DNA of 64,000 bases from Somniosus microcephalus. Its lineage: Eukaryota. This document shows, in pieces, positions 1 through 12,378 of this stretch (positions are counted from its first letter, which is position 1; each line of letters starts with the position of its first letter). The notes beneath the pieces were generated by a model. It had not been told where the DNA came from, searched no databases, and was given only the letters and a program-made list of their open reading frames with translations. A program made the position numbers and the translations under genes. The stretch is taken from assembly GCA_052327205.1 (NCBI GenBank), contig CM126222.1, forward strand, positions 16,926,001-16,990,000. The letters run 5' to 3'.

Positions 1-420
1 AAAACTCTAAATTCCCAAAATTCCCATGGAAAGTTTCCTCTTTTAAAAATTCCCAGAATTTTGCAACCTTAAGAGGAGGCGTAAAAAATTGGTCAACAGC
101 TCCCATCCTTAGTAATGTAGCCAAGACTCAGCCTAGGCGTGTGTTAGTGACTGATCCTATACAGCTTCTGGGGCAGTAAAATATCAACAGCAACTGAGAG
201 AACTGGTTACCATAGTTTACAGAAGTGTATGTGACGAGAGAGGTTGGACTTTAAAAAAAAACTTTAGATGCAAACAGAACCAGACAATATTAATTCTTAA
301 GCATTTTCTATTTCTATAAAACCAGTGAGAGGAGAAGCGGCGGGGTGGAGGCGAGGAAGAGGAGCGGCGTTAGCAGTGTGCTCGCCATCTTACCGCTGCC
401 CATTAGGGCACTCACTTCCC

Positions 421-948
421 GAGCCGTGGCTCAGTGGGTAGCACTCTCGCCTCGGAATCAGGTCGTGGGTTCAAGTCCCACTCCAGAGACTTGTGCACAA
501 AATCTAGGTCGACACTCCCAGTACACTACTGAGGGAGTGCTGCACTGTCGGAGGTGCCGTCTTTTCGATGAGACGTTAAATTGAGGCTCCGTCTGCCCTC
601 TCAGGTGGACTAAAAGATCCCATGGCACTATTCGAAGAAGAGCAGGGGAGTTATCCCCGGTGTCCTGGCCAATATTTATCCCTCAATCAACATCACTAAA
701 ATAGATTATCTGGTCATTATCTCATTGCTGTTTGTGGGAACTAGCTGTGCGCAAATTGGATGCCGCGTTTGCTAGGCTACAACCGCGGCTAGGCTACAAC
801 CGCGGCTAGGCTACAACCGCGGCTAGGCTACAACCGCGGCTAGGCTACAACCGCGACTAGGCTTCAAAAAGTACTTCATTTGCTGCAAAGTACTTTGGAA
901 TGTCCTGAGGTTGTAAAAGGTGCTATATCAATTCAAGTCTTTCTTTTT
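421..948 (+). mobile_element. tRNA-derived Deu-SINE (SacSINE1/AmnSINE1-like), near full length
   Basis: A-box TGGCTCAGTGG and B-box GGTTCAAGTCC; Deu-domain-like core (GATGAGACGTTAAA...GATCCCATGGCACTATTCGAAGAAGAGCAGGGGAG...CCTGGCCAATATTTATCCCTCAA); L2-like tail AAGGTGCTATA...CAAGTCTTTCTTT. Confidence 0.85.
771..863. repeat. 17-bp minisatellite (GCTAGGCTACAACCGCG) x~5 inside the SINE
   Basis: Five identical tandem units plus a partial one, replacing the CCTACATTACAACAGTGACT segment seen in other SINE copies here. Confidence 0.9.
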
Positions 949-1989
949 ATCTCTGTGACATGCCTATGGAGCTCACAGCTCAGCAAGGGAAAGCTGGCTG
1001 GCCCTATACCAGTCTGGTATTCCTTACTCAGATCACCTGACAATCTGGGGGCAGCTCAGATGAGAAGTCAAGCAAGACTGTCTGAAAGAGAAATGAGCAC
1101 TCAGCTCAGCTGTTCTTATAGTTCCACTCTGGATTTCAACGGGTCTTGGAATAACAAATGTTCCATACCTCGAACACTCTGCTGACATTTGGGATGGGTC
1201 AGATGAGATTGATAGGGGCAGTCCCAATCAGGTCACCACTGACCCATCACCAGTCTCAGGCCTCACCAAGTTACATCACGGCAATGTGTCGGAACGTATT
1301 AAAAACCCAACATGTTTTTAGTCACGTGCGCCAGCACCTGATTAGCGGAAAGCCTGGAATCATTTAACAGGCTGCTGCAGTGGGGGGTCTTTAGGGGCTT
1401 GCTGGATGGAAGGACTAAGATGGGCCGAATGGCTGGCCTCATCTGTCAATCTTGAGAACTTGCATTAGGCGGCCAGGTTGAAGGGACTTCAGGCTTTTTC
1501 TGCCTCTTCCACTTCCCTGCTGTTCAACCCATCAGGTGTCTCTTTGTAGAGGGAGTTAAGAGTACGTGCACTGTTCAACCTTCCCGCTGCTAGGGTCAGT
1601 TTTGTAAAGGGTCTCCCCGCCTCCTTTTTCCAGCTGTGACAAAACTTCCAACCAAAATATTAACCCATCTTTTCTCTTCCAGGCGCTGTGTATAGCTTGA
1701 GATAAGAGGCCTCGCAATGAAGAACGTACATCTTTAAAGGTAGCCTTCTGGTCACGGAAATGGGGCTGATGGGATTAGCCAGCAAGGTCAGAGGAAGGAC
1801 AGTGCTGAAGAATCAATCACTGGCAGCTCAAACAGAACATTCTCCAAATTCAAGCATCAACTTGACCGTCCCAAATGTTCAGTAAAGTAGATAATGCACA
1901 AGATCAGTTTCAAAATTATCTTTGTCCATAAAAAAGGGAGTGGCAACCCTTTGTTTTGGGTCTAGAATTCAAAAGCAACACTTGAGTTG

Positions 1990-2885
1990 GGTCGCAGTTG
2001 GAGTAGTGTGCAGAGTTTTGGACACCCCTTTACAAGAAGGATGTTACCGGGGTGAGGGGGTTAGTTATGGAGAGGGGTTCGAAACAGTGGGGCTTTTTTC
2101 ACTAGAACGGAGCAGGTTAAGGGTTGGCCTGATAGCGGTCTTGAAGATTCTGAAGGATTATGATAGGGTAAATGGTGATAGATTGTTTCCACTGGTCAGT
2201 GGGATGGTAACCCCTTACATTACAACAGCGACTACAGATCAAAAGTACTGCACTGGCTGTAAAGAGCATTGGGATATCCTGAGGTTATGAAGAACTCCAA
2301 CCACACTCAAGAAGCTCGACACCATCCAGGACAAAGCAGCCCGCTTGATTGGCACCCCATCCACCACCTTAAACATTCACTCCCTCCACCACCGGCGTAC
2401 CGTGGCTGCAGTGCGAACCATCTACAAGATGCACTGCAGCAACTCGCCAAGGCTTCTTCGGCAGCACCTCCCAAACCCGCGAACCCTTCCACCTACAAGG
2501 ACAAGGGCAGCAGGCGCATGGGAACACCACCACCTCCAAGTTCCCCTCCAAGTCACACACCATCCTGACTTAGAAGTACATCACCGATCCTTCATCGTTG
2601 CTGGGTCAAAATCCTGGAACTCCCTCCCTAACAGCACTGTGGGAGTACCTTCACCACACGGACTGCAACGGTTCAAGAAGGTGGCTCACCACCACCTTAA
2701 GGGCAATCAATGCTGACCTTGCCTGAGACGCCCACATCCCATAAATGAATAAAAAAGGGCAGAAATTTGAGAGTCGCTAATAGAATTGAAGGAGAAGCTA
2801 GAACAAACTTGTTCACAGAGGGGATAGTTAGAATGAGATTCTCGACATGCTTGTTGAAGCAGAGTCAATGAGTTCTTTTAAAAGC
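1990..2885 (+). mobile_element. Old CR1 3' fragment, interrupted at ~2212-2757
   Basis: LFSLERSRLRVGLIAVLKILKDYDRVNGDRLFPL matches the CR1 ORF2 C-terminus; CR1-like sequence resumes at ~2757. Confidence 0.6.
2295..2757 (+). mobile_element. 3' fragment of CR1-group LINE (family B in this report)
   Basis: IGTPSTTLNIHSLHHRRTVAA...YKMHCSNSPRLLRQHLP with an A-rich tail; near-identical to copies at 7.7, 37.0 and 51.8 kb. Confidence 0.85.
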
Positions 2886-3867
2886 CCAGCCTGTTCAATC
2901 TTTCTGGATTGTTATCACCTCCCATTTCTGGGATCATCCTTGTGAATCTTTTTTACACCTTCTCCAGTGCCTCTTTTTGTAACATGGAGACCAGAACTGA
3001 TCACAGTACTAAGTGTGGTCTAACCAAGGTTCGATACAAGTTTAACAGAACTTCTCTACTTCCCAATTCTATCCCTCGAGAAATGAACCCCAGTGCTTTG
3101 TTTGCTTTTTTAATGACCTTATTAACCTGAGTCACTACTTTTAGTGATGTCTAAATGGGGTACAGATTCACACTCTTATTTTCTAAGGATTATGTGGCCT
3201 CCTTATGCTTTCTACCAAAATGCACCACTTCACAACTTAACTATCGTGAAATTCATTTCCACACCCATTCTGCAAGTTTATTAATGTTGATGTCAGAGTT
3301 GTATTGTGTATGTAGGGGAATCAGTGACAACCCTGGATAAAATATGGCCGGCGTGAAATGTCTCACACATCTGCTGCTCGCTCCTGGCATGTCCTTCGGT
3401 ATGTCATTTGATGATCTAGTCAGGGCTTACCTTTCCCATTACTCCTGCAAAGGGACAAGAATGACCAAACAAATGACAGCAGTCCTCTCGCTCGACTACA
3501 TGGTTCACATCCATCAATATCTTGAAGTGGGTAGCTTTTTTTTTTAAAAGGAGGGGAACTCCCTCTTTTAAGATATTACAGGTGACCAGGTAACTTACTC
3601 CTAGGCCTGTCCCTAATCCACTTCAGCATCAAGCACCCTTGGAAACACAGTAAAACTTCCTGGAACTCTCGCCTCACAACATTCCCCAACACCGACTTAA
3701 CAGCACCGACTACACCAGCGTGAACTCTTCCAACTTCCCTCGGCATCCATTCTCAAGTCCCAAATGAGATTCCCAATTTAGCGCAATTAGTCCTGAATTC
3801 AGGGTAGTTTTGTGCTGTGGACTGGATTGAGATGGAACAAGCTCACTATGCAGGAGTTTTATAGATA

Positions 3868-4652
3868 GTAGAGGGGAGGGGGGGGGCGCGAGGGAGAGGG
3901 GGGGGGCGAGGGAGAGGGGGGGGGCGAGGGAGAGGGGGGGGCGAGGGAGGGGGGGGGCGAGGGAGGGGGGGGGGCGAGGGAGAGGGGGGGGCGAGGGAGA
4001 GGGGGGGCGAGGGAGAGGGGGGGCGAGGTGAGAGGGGGGGGGCGAGGGAGAGGGGGGGGCGAGGGAGAGGGGGGGCGAGGGAGAGGGGGGGCGAGGGAGA
4101 GGGGGGGCGAGGGAGGGGGGGGGCGAGGGAGAGGGGGGGGCGAGGGAGAGGGGGGGCGAGGAGAGGGGGGGAGAGAGGGGGGGCGAGGGGAGAGGGGGAG
4201 AGAGGGGGGGCGAGGGAGAGGGGGGCGAGGGAGAGAGGGGGGCGAGGGAGAGAGGGGGGGGCGAGAGAGGGGGAGAGAGGGGGGGGGCGAGGGAGAGGGG
4301 GGGAGAGGGGGGGGCGAGGCAGAGAGGGGGAGAGAGGGGAGGGGGGGCGAGGCAGAGAGAGGGGGAGAGAGGGGGGGGGGGGCGAGGCAGAGAGGGGGAG
4401 AGAGGGGGGGGACGAGGGCAGAGAGGGGGAGAGAGAGTGGGGGGGGCGAGGGAGAGTGAGGGGGGGCGAGGCAGAGAGGGGGAGGGGCGAGGGAGAGAGG
4501 GGGGGCGAGGGAGAGAGAGGGGGGTGAGGGAGAGACGGGGGGGGCGAGGGAGAGAGGGGGAGGGGGGGGGCGAGGGGAGAGTGGGGGGGCGAGGGAGAGA
4601 GAGGGGAAGAGAAAGAAAGAGAGCGAGGGGGTGGGGGTGGAGAAGAGAGAGA
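3868..4652. repeat. G/A-rich low-complexity minisatellite (GGCGAGGGAGAGGGGG-like units)
   Basis: About 780 bp of purine-rich tandem variants; the Gly/Arg/Glu ORFs here are artefacts. Confidence 0.92.
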
Positions 4653-5699
4653 CAGAACTTTAATCTATTAATCTAGACTAGAACTGTGGGACTTGGGTTA
4701 GGTGAAAGGGCGGTGTAGGAACTGACTCGCTGAGTACTTGCAATTCAAAGCCTCCCAACTATCGTCATGGCGGAGATCTTGGCCCTTGGCACATGCAGCA
4801 TCCTCGGCATCAAGCTGTGCCCCACCCCTGCACGATACTGGGGGAGTTGCACATGTTACACACCAGGCCCATTAAAGTGGCTACTTGCTTGAGTAGAGGA
4901 TACAATGAACACAGAGATCACGTCACAGAGCCAAGGTGGAATTTGATGAATGTGAACTCAAAGCCAGCACAGGATACGAGAGCAGTGAGGGCCCAGGCCT
5001 GGCCCCACTGACGATGATGTGTCAACAGCCAGACGAGGAAGGAATCATCCACTTCCTGTGCTCTTGGAGCGTTGGCACAGTGACACTGAGCAGCAGCATT
5101 GCAGCAACTGTACATTCTAACATACAACTGTGCAACGTGCAGATTTTAGGGCAGGAACATTTTGGGGAGAACATTTTGGGGGGCTGGATGGGGGAGGTGC
5201 GGAAAGAGAATGTCAGGGAGCTAAAAATAAAAACTTAGTGACTATTCTGAGTGACCGGCTGGGTTTGGAGGTAGCTTGCATACACACCCGTGTTCTGTTT
5301 GACACGTGCACATTTCAAAATACACAGCCCTGGGCCCTCTGGATTTGGGCTGGAGAACAGGGGTCAGCTCGACTTTCTTCTAACACGGCCCGCCCAAGAT
5401 ACTCTTCCTCATATCTCCCCCCAGGGGGAGGGGAGGCCACCCTGCTTTCCAGGAGCACTGCTTAGTGGGATATTCACGAGGTGACTCTCTTTCGCTCTCC
5501 TACTCCCCCCTTAGCCCCAAAGTCTTGGTTCTGTGTCTCCTTCGGCACCAACTCAGCAGGTGGCAGACTGAACTATATTAATAAGTCTATGGCACACGGG
5601 GCGGCAATTGTACCATCGCATCGGCAAACGTTAGGCCCGAGCCTTACGCTGGTTCTCCAGCCCTGCCCTGGGGCAGTTCCCCATTGGCAGGGGGTTTGC

Positions 5700-6266
5700 A
5701 GTTGTACAGGGTCTTGGTGAGACCACATCTCGAGTATTGTGTGCAGTTTTGGTCGCCTTATCTGAGGAAGGATGTTCTTGCCATGGAAGGAGTGCAGCGA
5801 AGATTCACCAGACTGATACCTGGGATGGCAGGAATGACGTAGGAGAGATTGGGTCGACTGGGCTTGTACTCGCTGGAGTTTAGAAGAATGAGAGGGGATC
5901 TCATTGAAACTTATAAAATTCTAACAGGACTGGACAGGCTAGATGCAGGAAGGATGTTCCCGATGGCAGGGTCAGTCTAAGGATAAGGGGTAAGCCATTT
6001 AGGACAGAGATGAGGAGGAATTTCTTCACCCAGAGAGTGGTGAACCTGTGGAATTCTCTACCACAGAAGGCAGTAGAGGCCAATTCATTAAATATATTCA
6101 AGAAGGAGTTGGATATATTTCTTAAGGCTAACGGGATCAAGGGATATGGAGAGAAGGCAGGAACAGGGTACTGAATTTGGATGATCAGCCATGATCTCAT
6201 TGAATGGCGGAGCAGGCTCGAGGAACCGAATGGCCTCCTGCTCCTATCTTCTATGTTTCTATGTTT
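5700..6266 (+). mobile_element. CR1/HER1-like LINE 3' fragment
   Basis: [20 protein letters not shown]...RRNFFTQRVVNLWNSLP and a (TTCTATG)n tail. Confidence 0.9.
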
Positions 6267-6789
6267 CCCTGCTGTGTTGCCCGGAGAGATGCCAAGCTGA
6301 TGCACGTGGAACCACCACAAGGCAGGTTTGTCACCCTGGGCATGCTTGCAAGCATCATATTGGGTAGTTGAAGAGCTGGTGGGCAGCAGCTGCTTGGGTC
6401 GGGGTGGGGGGGGGGGGGGGAAGGAGGAGGGAGGAGATGATAACAGAGAGAGGAGAAGAACAACTAAATGATGGAAAATAGATTGAAGAAACACCCACTG
6501 ACATAAATGCAAACAATTTTTGAAGTAGACAGGAAATGTTTATTAGCGTGATAGTGAATCGGAGAACACTTCAAAGAAATGCTATTTCCAACTACAAGGG
6601 AATCAGAGAGCTGATAAGTAAACAAGTAAAATGCAGAGCTTCAACGCTTCTGGCAGTCGGTCTAGTTATGTGAAGATCTTTCTGCGTCTATCCAAAAGGA
6701 CCAATGCTGAGGTACAATCCCACACCTTCCCTGTACCTCGGCCAAGTGGCATTGTCGAGGTGTGAGCAGAGGTAGTGGGAGGTTATTAT

Positions 6790-7010
6790 AGTGAGTGGGG
6801 ACACGCACACACGCACATCACTTGGTAGTGACCAGTGGAACAGGAACCCTGGCTGATTTTCCTTTCTCCCCCTCAGGGGTAAGGAGACTATCTACAATGC
6901 CCCGACATCTGCCCCAGCGGAGGTCAGCTAACTCAGCAGAGATTGGGAACTGGAGCCTCCGACCGGTTTAGCTCAGTGCTACGCTCGGCCAGTGGAGGGA
7001 GCTGAGGCGA
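6790..7010 (-). mobile_element. Ancient SINE-like family C fragment (unassigned)
   Basis: Shares GGAACCCTGGCTGATTTT and CAGCTAACTCAGCAGA motifs with copies at ~8760-9060, ~9900-10230, ~24900-25230, ~43630-43930 and ~62600-62930. Confidence 0.55.
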
Positions 7011-7484
7011 ATGTCTGATTTCAGCAAAACTGCATTTCTCGAGAGGCCCTGCACTGTATATTCTTCAACATGGGTAAAATTCAACACTCTTCTGTTTAAA
7101 AACAGCTGCTGGAAAATCCTGCACACCAACACGCGGCTCCTAGGCCCCAAGCTCAAGAATTCCCTCCCTAAACCTCTCCACCTCCTGCTTCTCCTTTAAG
7201 GTACTCCTTAAAACCTACCTCTTTGACCCAGCTTTTGAGTATTTCCTTCTTTGGCTTGGTGTCAATGTTTGATTATGTTCCTGTGAACTTTTTCCTACAT
7301 TAAAGACGCTATATAAATGCAATCTGATCTTGTAATCCTGACCCAGCCTAGGTGCAGGCCCAGCCGAGCTTCTTTTAAAAAGACACCAATCCACAACTTT
7401 TGTTGTCCGGTTTCCATCAGAATTGAAGTTATTTGGTTCAAAAACTAGCACAGTGCAGCCTCAACGCTAACATTAAAAAAAATT

Positions 7485-8720
7485 TGTTTACAGCCATCCC
7501 TAATTGGCCTTGAGAAGGTGCTGGTGAGCCACCTTCTTGAACCGCTGCAGTCCGTGTGGTGAAGGTACTCGCACAGTGCTGACTTTGTCGCAGCGGTTTG
7601 TTACAACGGAGTGGCTCGCTGGGCCATTTCAGAGAATAGTTCAGAGTCAACCACATTGCTGTGGGTCTGGAGTCGCATATAGGGACCGGGTAAGGTCGAC
7701 AGATTTCCTTCCCCAAAGGACGTTAGTGGACGACGTTCAGGCTTGGGCCGATAAGTGGCAGGTAACATTCGCGCTACAGAAGTGCCAGGCAATGACTATC
7801 TCCAACAAGTGAGAGTCCAACCACCGCCCCTTGACATTCAACGGCATTACCATCGCCAAATCCCCCACCATCAACATCCTGGGGGGTCACCACTGACCAG
7901 AAACATAAATACTGTGGCAACAAGAGCAGGTCAGAGGCTGGGTATTCTGCGGCGAGTGTCTCACCTCCCGACTCCCCAAAGCCTTTCCACCACCTACAAG
8001 GCACAAGTCAGGAGTGTGATGGAATACTCCCCACTTGCCTGGATGAGTGCAACTCCAACACTCAAGAAGCTCAACACCATCCAGGACAAAGCAGCCCACA
8101 TGATTGGCACCCCATCCACCACCTTAACATTCACTCCCTCCACCACCGGCGCACCGTGGCTGCAGTGTGTACCATCTACAAGATGCACTGCAGCAACTCA
8201 CCAAGGCTTCTTCAGCAGCATCTCCCAAACCTGCGACCTCTTCCACCTAGAAGGACAAAGGCAGCAGGCGCATGGGAACACCACCACCTCCAAGTTCCCC
8301 TCCAAGTCACACAGCATCCTGACTTGGAAGTATATCGCCGTTCCTTCATCGTCGCTGGGTCAAAATCCTGGAACTCCCTCCCTAACAGCGCTGTGGGAGT
8401 ATCATCACCACACGGACTGCAGCGGTTCAAGGCGGCTCACCACCACCTTCTCAAGGGCAATTAGGGATGGGCAATAAATGCTGGCCTTGCCAACGACGCC
8501 CACATCCCATAAACGAATAAAAAACAAGATGGGTTTTCATGACAATCCAGTAGTTTCATGGTCACCATCACTGATACTAGCTTCTTAATTCCAGGTTTTT
8601 TTTTAAAATTAACTGAATTTAAATCCCCAGCTGCCGTGGTGGGATTTGTACTCACGTCTCCGGATTATTACTCCGGGCCTCTGGATTACTAGTCTAGTAA
8701 TATAACCACTATACTACCAT
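7485..8720 (-). mobile_element. tRNA-derived SINE (family D) with a 3' tail matching family-B LINE; split by the LINE at 7728-8525
   Basis: Head at ~8720 on the minus strand (TAGTATAGTGG A-box, GAGTACAAATCC B-box-like). The tail at ~7490-7585 is the reverse complement of the family-B LINE 3' end (CACGGACTGCAGCGGTTCAAG...CTCAAGG). Confidence 0.7.
7728..8525 (+). mobile_element. Family-B LINE, ~800-bp 3' portion
   Basis: AWADKWQVTF...KCQAMTISNK...AGQRLGILRRVSH...YKAQVRSVMEYS is an RT thumb/C-terminal region; tail CCCATAAACGAATAAAAAA. Confidence 0.88.
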
Positions 8721-11254
8721 AGCCTCAAGAAAAGCAATGCTTCAACCACTTTGCTGAACTCCCTTCCTGAAGGCACTGACTCTTGCACTGCCACAGGGCA
8801 CCGACAGCCAGTGGCCAGTCATCGTGTGAAGTTAAGATTCACGAGCATGAAGAGCATCACAGCCGAGCCTGATGCTGTCCTCACCCCATGGTTGAACAGC
8901 CTCACTTTTCAGCAGGGGTCAGAGGGCAACAATCAGGAGCGGTGACCTTGGTTGATTTACCACCCCGGCCTAAGATCAACTTGACTGCTCAAATGGCTGA
9001 GTTCAGCTAACTCAAGGCGGACATGGGACCTTCTTGTCGGTCTAGTTTAGCCCTTCAGCTTTATCCACCAAGCTAATGGCAGGAATTAAGTTTGATTTTT
9101 CGTTTATAGAAATTTGTCTAAAGCAGTGAGTGATGGCATCAGCCAAACCGGCCTGGAGCCACTGTCTAGTGATACAGAGCAGCAGAATCAATATTAGTAG
9201 ACAGAGTCATTAATCACAGGTTCAGCACGATTCAGATCCTGTGCACCATCTGACCCAAGGACTGATGATCACAACTTCCTGACTGATATTCAGAGCACCT
9301 CACTAATTAAAGTCATCCAGAAATGGACACACAAAAGAAATTTCAGTCTCAGCTCCTTGAAAATGGTGGTTTAACAGGGTCCCGACAGCAAGACCCCTGT
9401 CCTTAAGGCACTGCAGTGTGAAGCAAGTGGGGGCCCTGATCGATGGGCAGTGTCAGACCGCCTGTTAAGATCGCAGCGCAGTGACGCAAGAGGAGTTTCC
9501 TCAGTTGTGGTGGAAGTGATCCAACATCACCTCAGCATTGAAGTCACCGCCGTCACAGAGTCTCCATTACAGCCTACATTACTCTCGACTAGGAGGCTGT
9601 GACCCCCACTTCTGTTGAGATAGACGTAACAATTCCACAATCCTGTAATAACCCGGCTTTCATTGCAAGCTGCCAACGCGCCAATTATTCTCTCTCCTCA
9701 CCCACTCTCAAAATAAGTCCGTGGTTGCTCCAAGTTAAAAGGTAAAGTCCATCACCTAGGCACTTTCATCCCATCTCCTCTCACCTTCACTAAATGTTAC
9801 GCTATATTAAAAATAAGCCACCAAATTCAGCACAAATACAACAAATCTCTAATAGCCTTGTTATGTACATCACTCTTTGATTGCATGGCTGGCAAAGGTG
9901 GCATTTAACTGAGCCACATAGATCAGGAAAGCCCTGGGTTAGCTGATTTCAGCAAACGAGGTAGCTATAACTGAGCTTGGTGCTCTTGGTTGTGGGAGGG
10001 GTAAACCCCAGGGTCCCACTTCTGATGTGTACGTATGCGGACAAGCTCAGGCTTTGCTGTAATACCCCACCCAGAGTGGAATAGCCTACTGACACATCTA
10101 GGCTCACGCAGGAAGAATGAGCACGTAGGGGTATTAGAGGGTTGGCAGCACCTGCTGAGCCATCCCTCCGTCAGAACAGACAACTTACTGAGGGAGGGGA
10201 TAGAGAAGAGAAAGAGAGAGAGAGAAAATTGGCCCAAAAAGCTAGTTACTAACTACATACTGAATAGCCAGATCTGACTGGATTACAAAGAACTTACACA
10301 CAAGTCGTTCAGACTCGGCTTGTTTAAGAGTTGACTTGGAGGCAGCAACACTCTGGATAACTGATCAGCCCTATTCAGATCACATTACACGCCTATACAG
10401 AGAGTGGGCGAGAAACAGTACCTTACATGTGCCCTGCTTTTATTAGCTGGACTAGCAGACGGTGCCTGGTGGAAGTCTCGGTTGCTGTCATAAGCTCACT
10501 GCATCACACAGTATATCAGAACAATTCAGGATCGCCACCTTCGAGCAACTTTGAGAAAGAGCATGGTAGAGGTTTTAGGATCTTCAGCAAGCTTCTCACA
10601 AAGTTAGAGGCTTACCAAAATGAGCAGTGGTCTGCTTCCATCAGCAGTGCCTATGCACCTACTACAGTCCATGAACGATTGACCGGTCTACAGCCATCTC
10701 GAGGAAGCCACTGCAGTGGTTAAATGGGAGTGATGAGTGTGCAAGGTGGCACTGACATCACCCGTTCTGGATGGTTTAAGCCACAAAGGCAACACATCAC
10801 TGCTGCCCAGCCAGTGCCAGAACACGAAAAACACAAGCTTTTGCCAACCTGTCAAGGATAAGATGTGTTGGGTGAATCCATGCTCAAAGCATTGGCCTCT
10901 CATTGGCTATGTCACAGTTTGACTGTGATAATCACGGGACACCAAAACCACCAGGACAGAGCCTGAAGACTACTGGACTGGTCCCTGCATGCTTAGGTCA
11001 ACATTGCTGTTGCTCACGGTTCAACCTCATCAGGAAGTCCGCTGCGCTCCTTGATCAAGAAATGCTAGCTTGTCTCAGAGGCAGATTGGAGAGAGGGATT
11101 GTCTCTCTTGGGTCAGCATGGTGTCAGGTTTCACACTAAACTCGAAGTACCTGTATCACATAGTTGTGACCTCAACTCTATGTTGAATCTGGTCATAATA
11201 TCCCTGTCACATCAAACAGCTCAAGTTGCACCTGGACCACTATTGACACAGATG

Positions 11255-11762
11255 ACATAAGGAATAGGAGCAGGAGTCGGCCACGCGGCCCCTCGAGCCT
11301 GCTCCGCCATTCAATAAGATCATGGCTGATCATCTACCTCAACTCCACTTACCCGCTGTATCCCCATACCCCTCGATTCCCTTAGTATCCAAAAATCTCT
11401 CGATCTCTGTCTTGAATATACTCAACGACTGAGCCTCCACAGCCCTCTGAGGTAGAGAATTCCAAAGTTTCACCACCCTCTGAGTGAAGAAATTTCTCCT
11501 CATCTCAGTCCTAAATGGCCGACCCCTTATTCGGAGACTATGACCCCTATTTCTAGACTCCTCAGCCAGGGGAATCATCCTCCCAGCATCTACCCTGTCA
11601 AGCCCCTTAAGAATTTTATGTTTCAATGAGATCACCTCTCATTCTCCTAAACTCTAGGGAATACAAGCCTAGTCTATTCAATCTCTCCTCATAGGACAAA
11701 CCCCAATTCCCAGAAATCAGTCTAGTGAACCTCATCGAATGCTTTCTGAAAATTCAAATACA
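11255..11762 (-). mobile_element. CR1/HER1-like LINE 3' fragment
   Basis: ORF 11339-11635 KILKGLDRVDAGRMIPLAEESRNRGHSLRIRGRPFRTEMRRNFFTQRVV, with YLNFQKAFD upstream. Confidence 0.88.
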
Positions 11763-11774
11763 CTTCAATCAATA

Positions 11775-12010
11775 CAAATAAGGACAGACTTCCCGTGGGT
11801 TTCTGTGAACTCAAACGCGCCAAGTGTTCACAGGGAGACAGAGGAAAGGTTTTAAGGACGTATTGAAGAGCAACCTGAATCGGTGCAGCACTGAAACAAC
11901 AGCAAGCACGCCAGGCAGCTTTTATCGCAACGACAGTGGGCAATTCTGGAATGAAGCACCATAAACACCAGGAACAATTGCTGCAGAAACAACCAAGTAA
12001 TGGAAACACT
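11775..12010 (+). mobile_element. Old RTE-type LINE 3' fragment
   Basis: Degenerate DRLP..FCELKRAKCSQG...FKDVLKSNLNRC resembles the C-terminus of the young RTE copy at 12.4-13.2 kb. Confidence 0.5.
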
Positions 12011-12378
12011 GCCAAAAGCCCTGCCCTTCACTGACTGGATACAATTCCAAGAATGGATCCATAGGGAGTCACTTGCAATCTTCCTGATTGAAGCCCTAAT
12101 GACCATTTGGGGACAGGATAAAACATTTCCAGGATAAGTGAAGGAAACTACAGTATACAGTGCAAATGCAGATTGAAAAAAACCTGCAGTGTTAACAGAG
12201 TAGATCAATCAGGATAACACAGTGAGAGGTGTAGGGGAGAGCCAGAGTGCACTGTGGGGGGTGGGGGAGAAGAGAGAATACATGGGGGAGAACCCTCATT
12301 TGGAGTCCATCTCAGTCTGCCATACAAGCCAACGCTGACTTTGCTACGTGCCAGCCTGCAAAAATTAACATGCAGGTA

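Noticed and set aside
1-72. Possible DNA-transposon terminus (AATTCCC repeats ending TTTTGCAACCTTA)
   Set aside because: Cut by the window edge, so the partner TIR and TSD cannot be seen.
421-490. tRNA gene
   Set aside because: A and B boxes are present, but the sequence runs straight into a Deu-SINE body; it is a SINE head. The same applies at ~34630-34700 and ~8640-8720.
4028-4676. Gly/Arg/Glu-rich ORFs resembling RGG proteins
   Set aside because: Low-complexity G/A repeat with no splice or domain evidence.
9300-9620. Minus-strand GGDFNA motif as a host exon
   Set aside because: More consistent with a decayed LINE endonuclease remnant; stops nearby and no clear splice sites.
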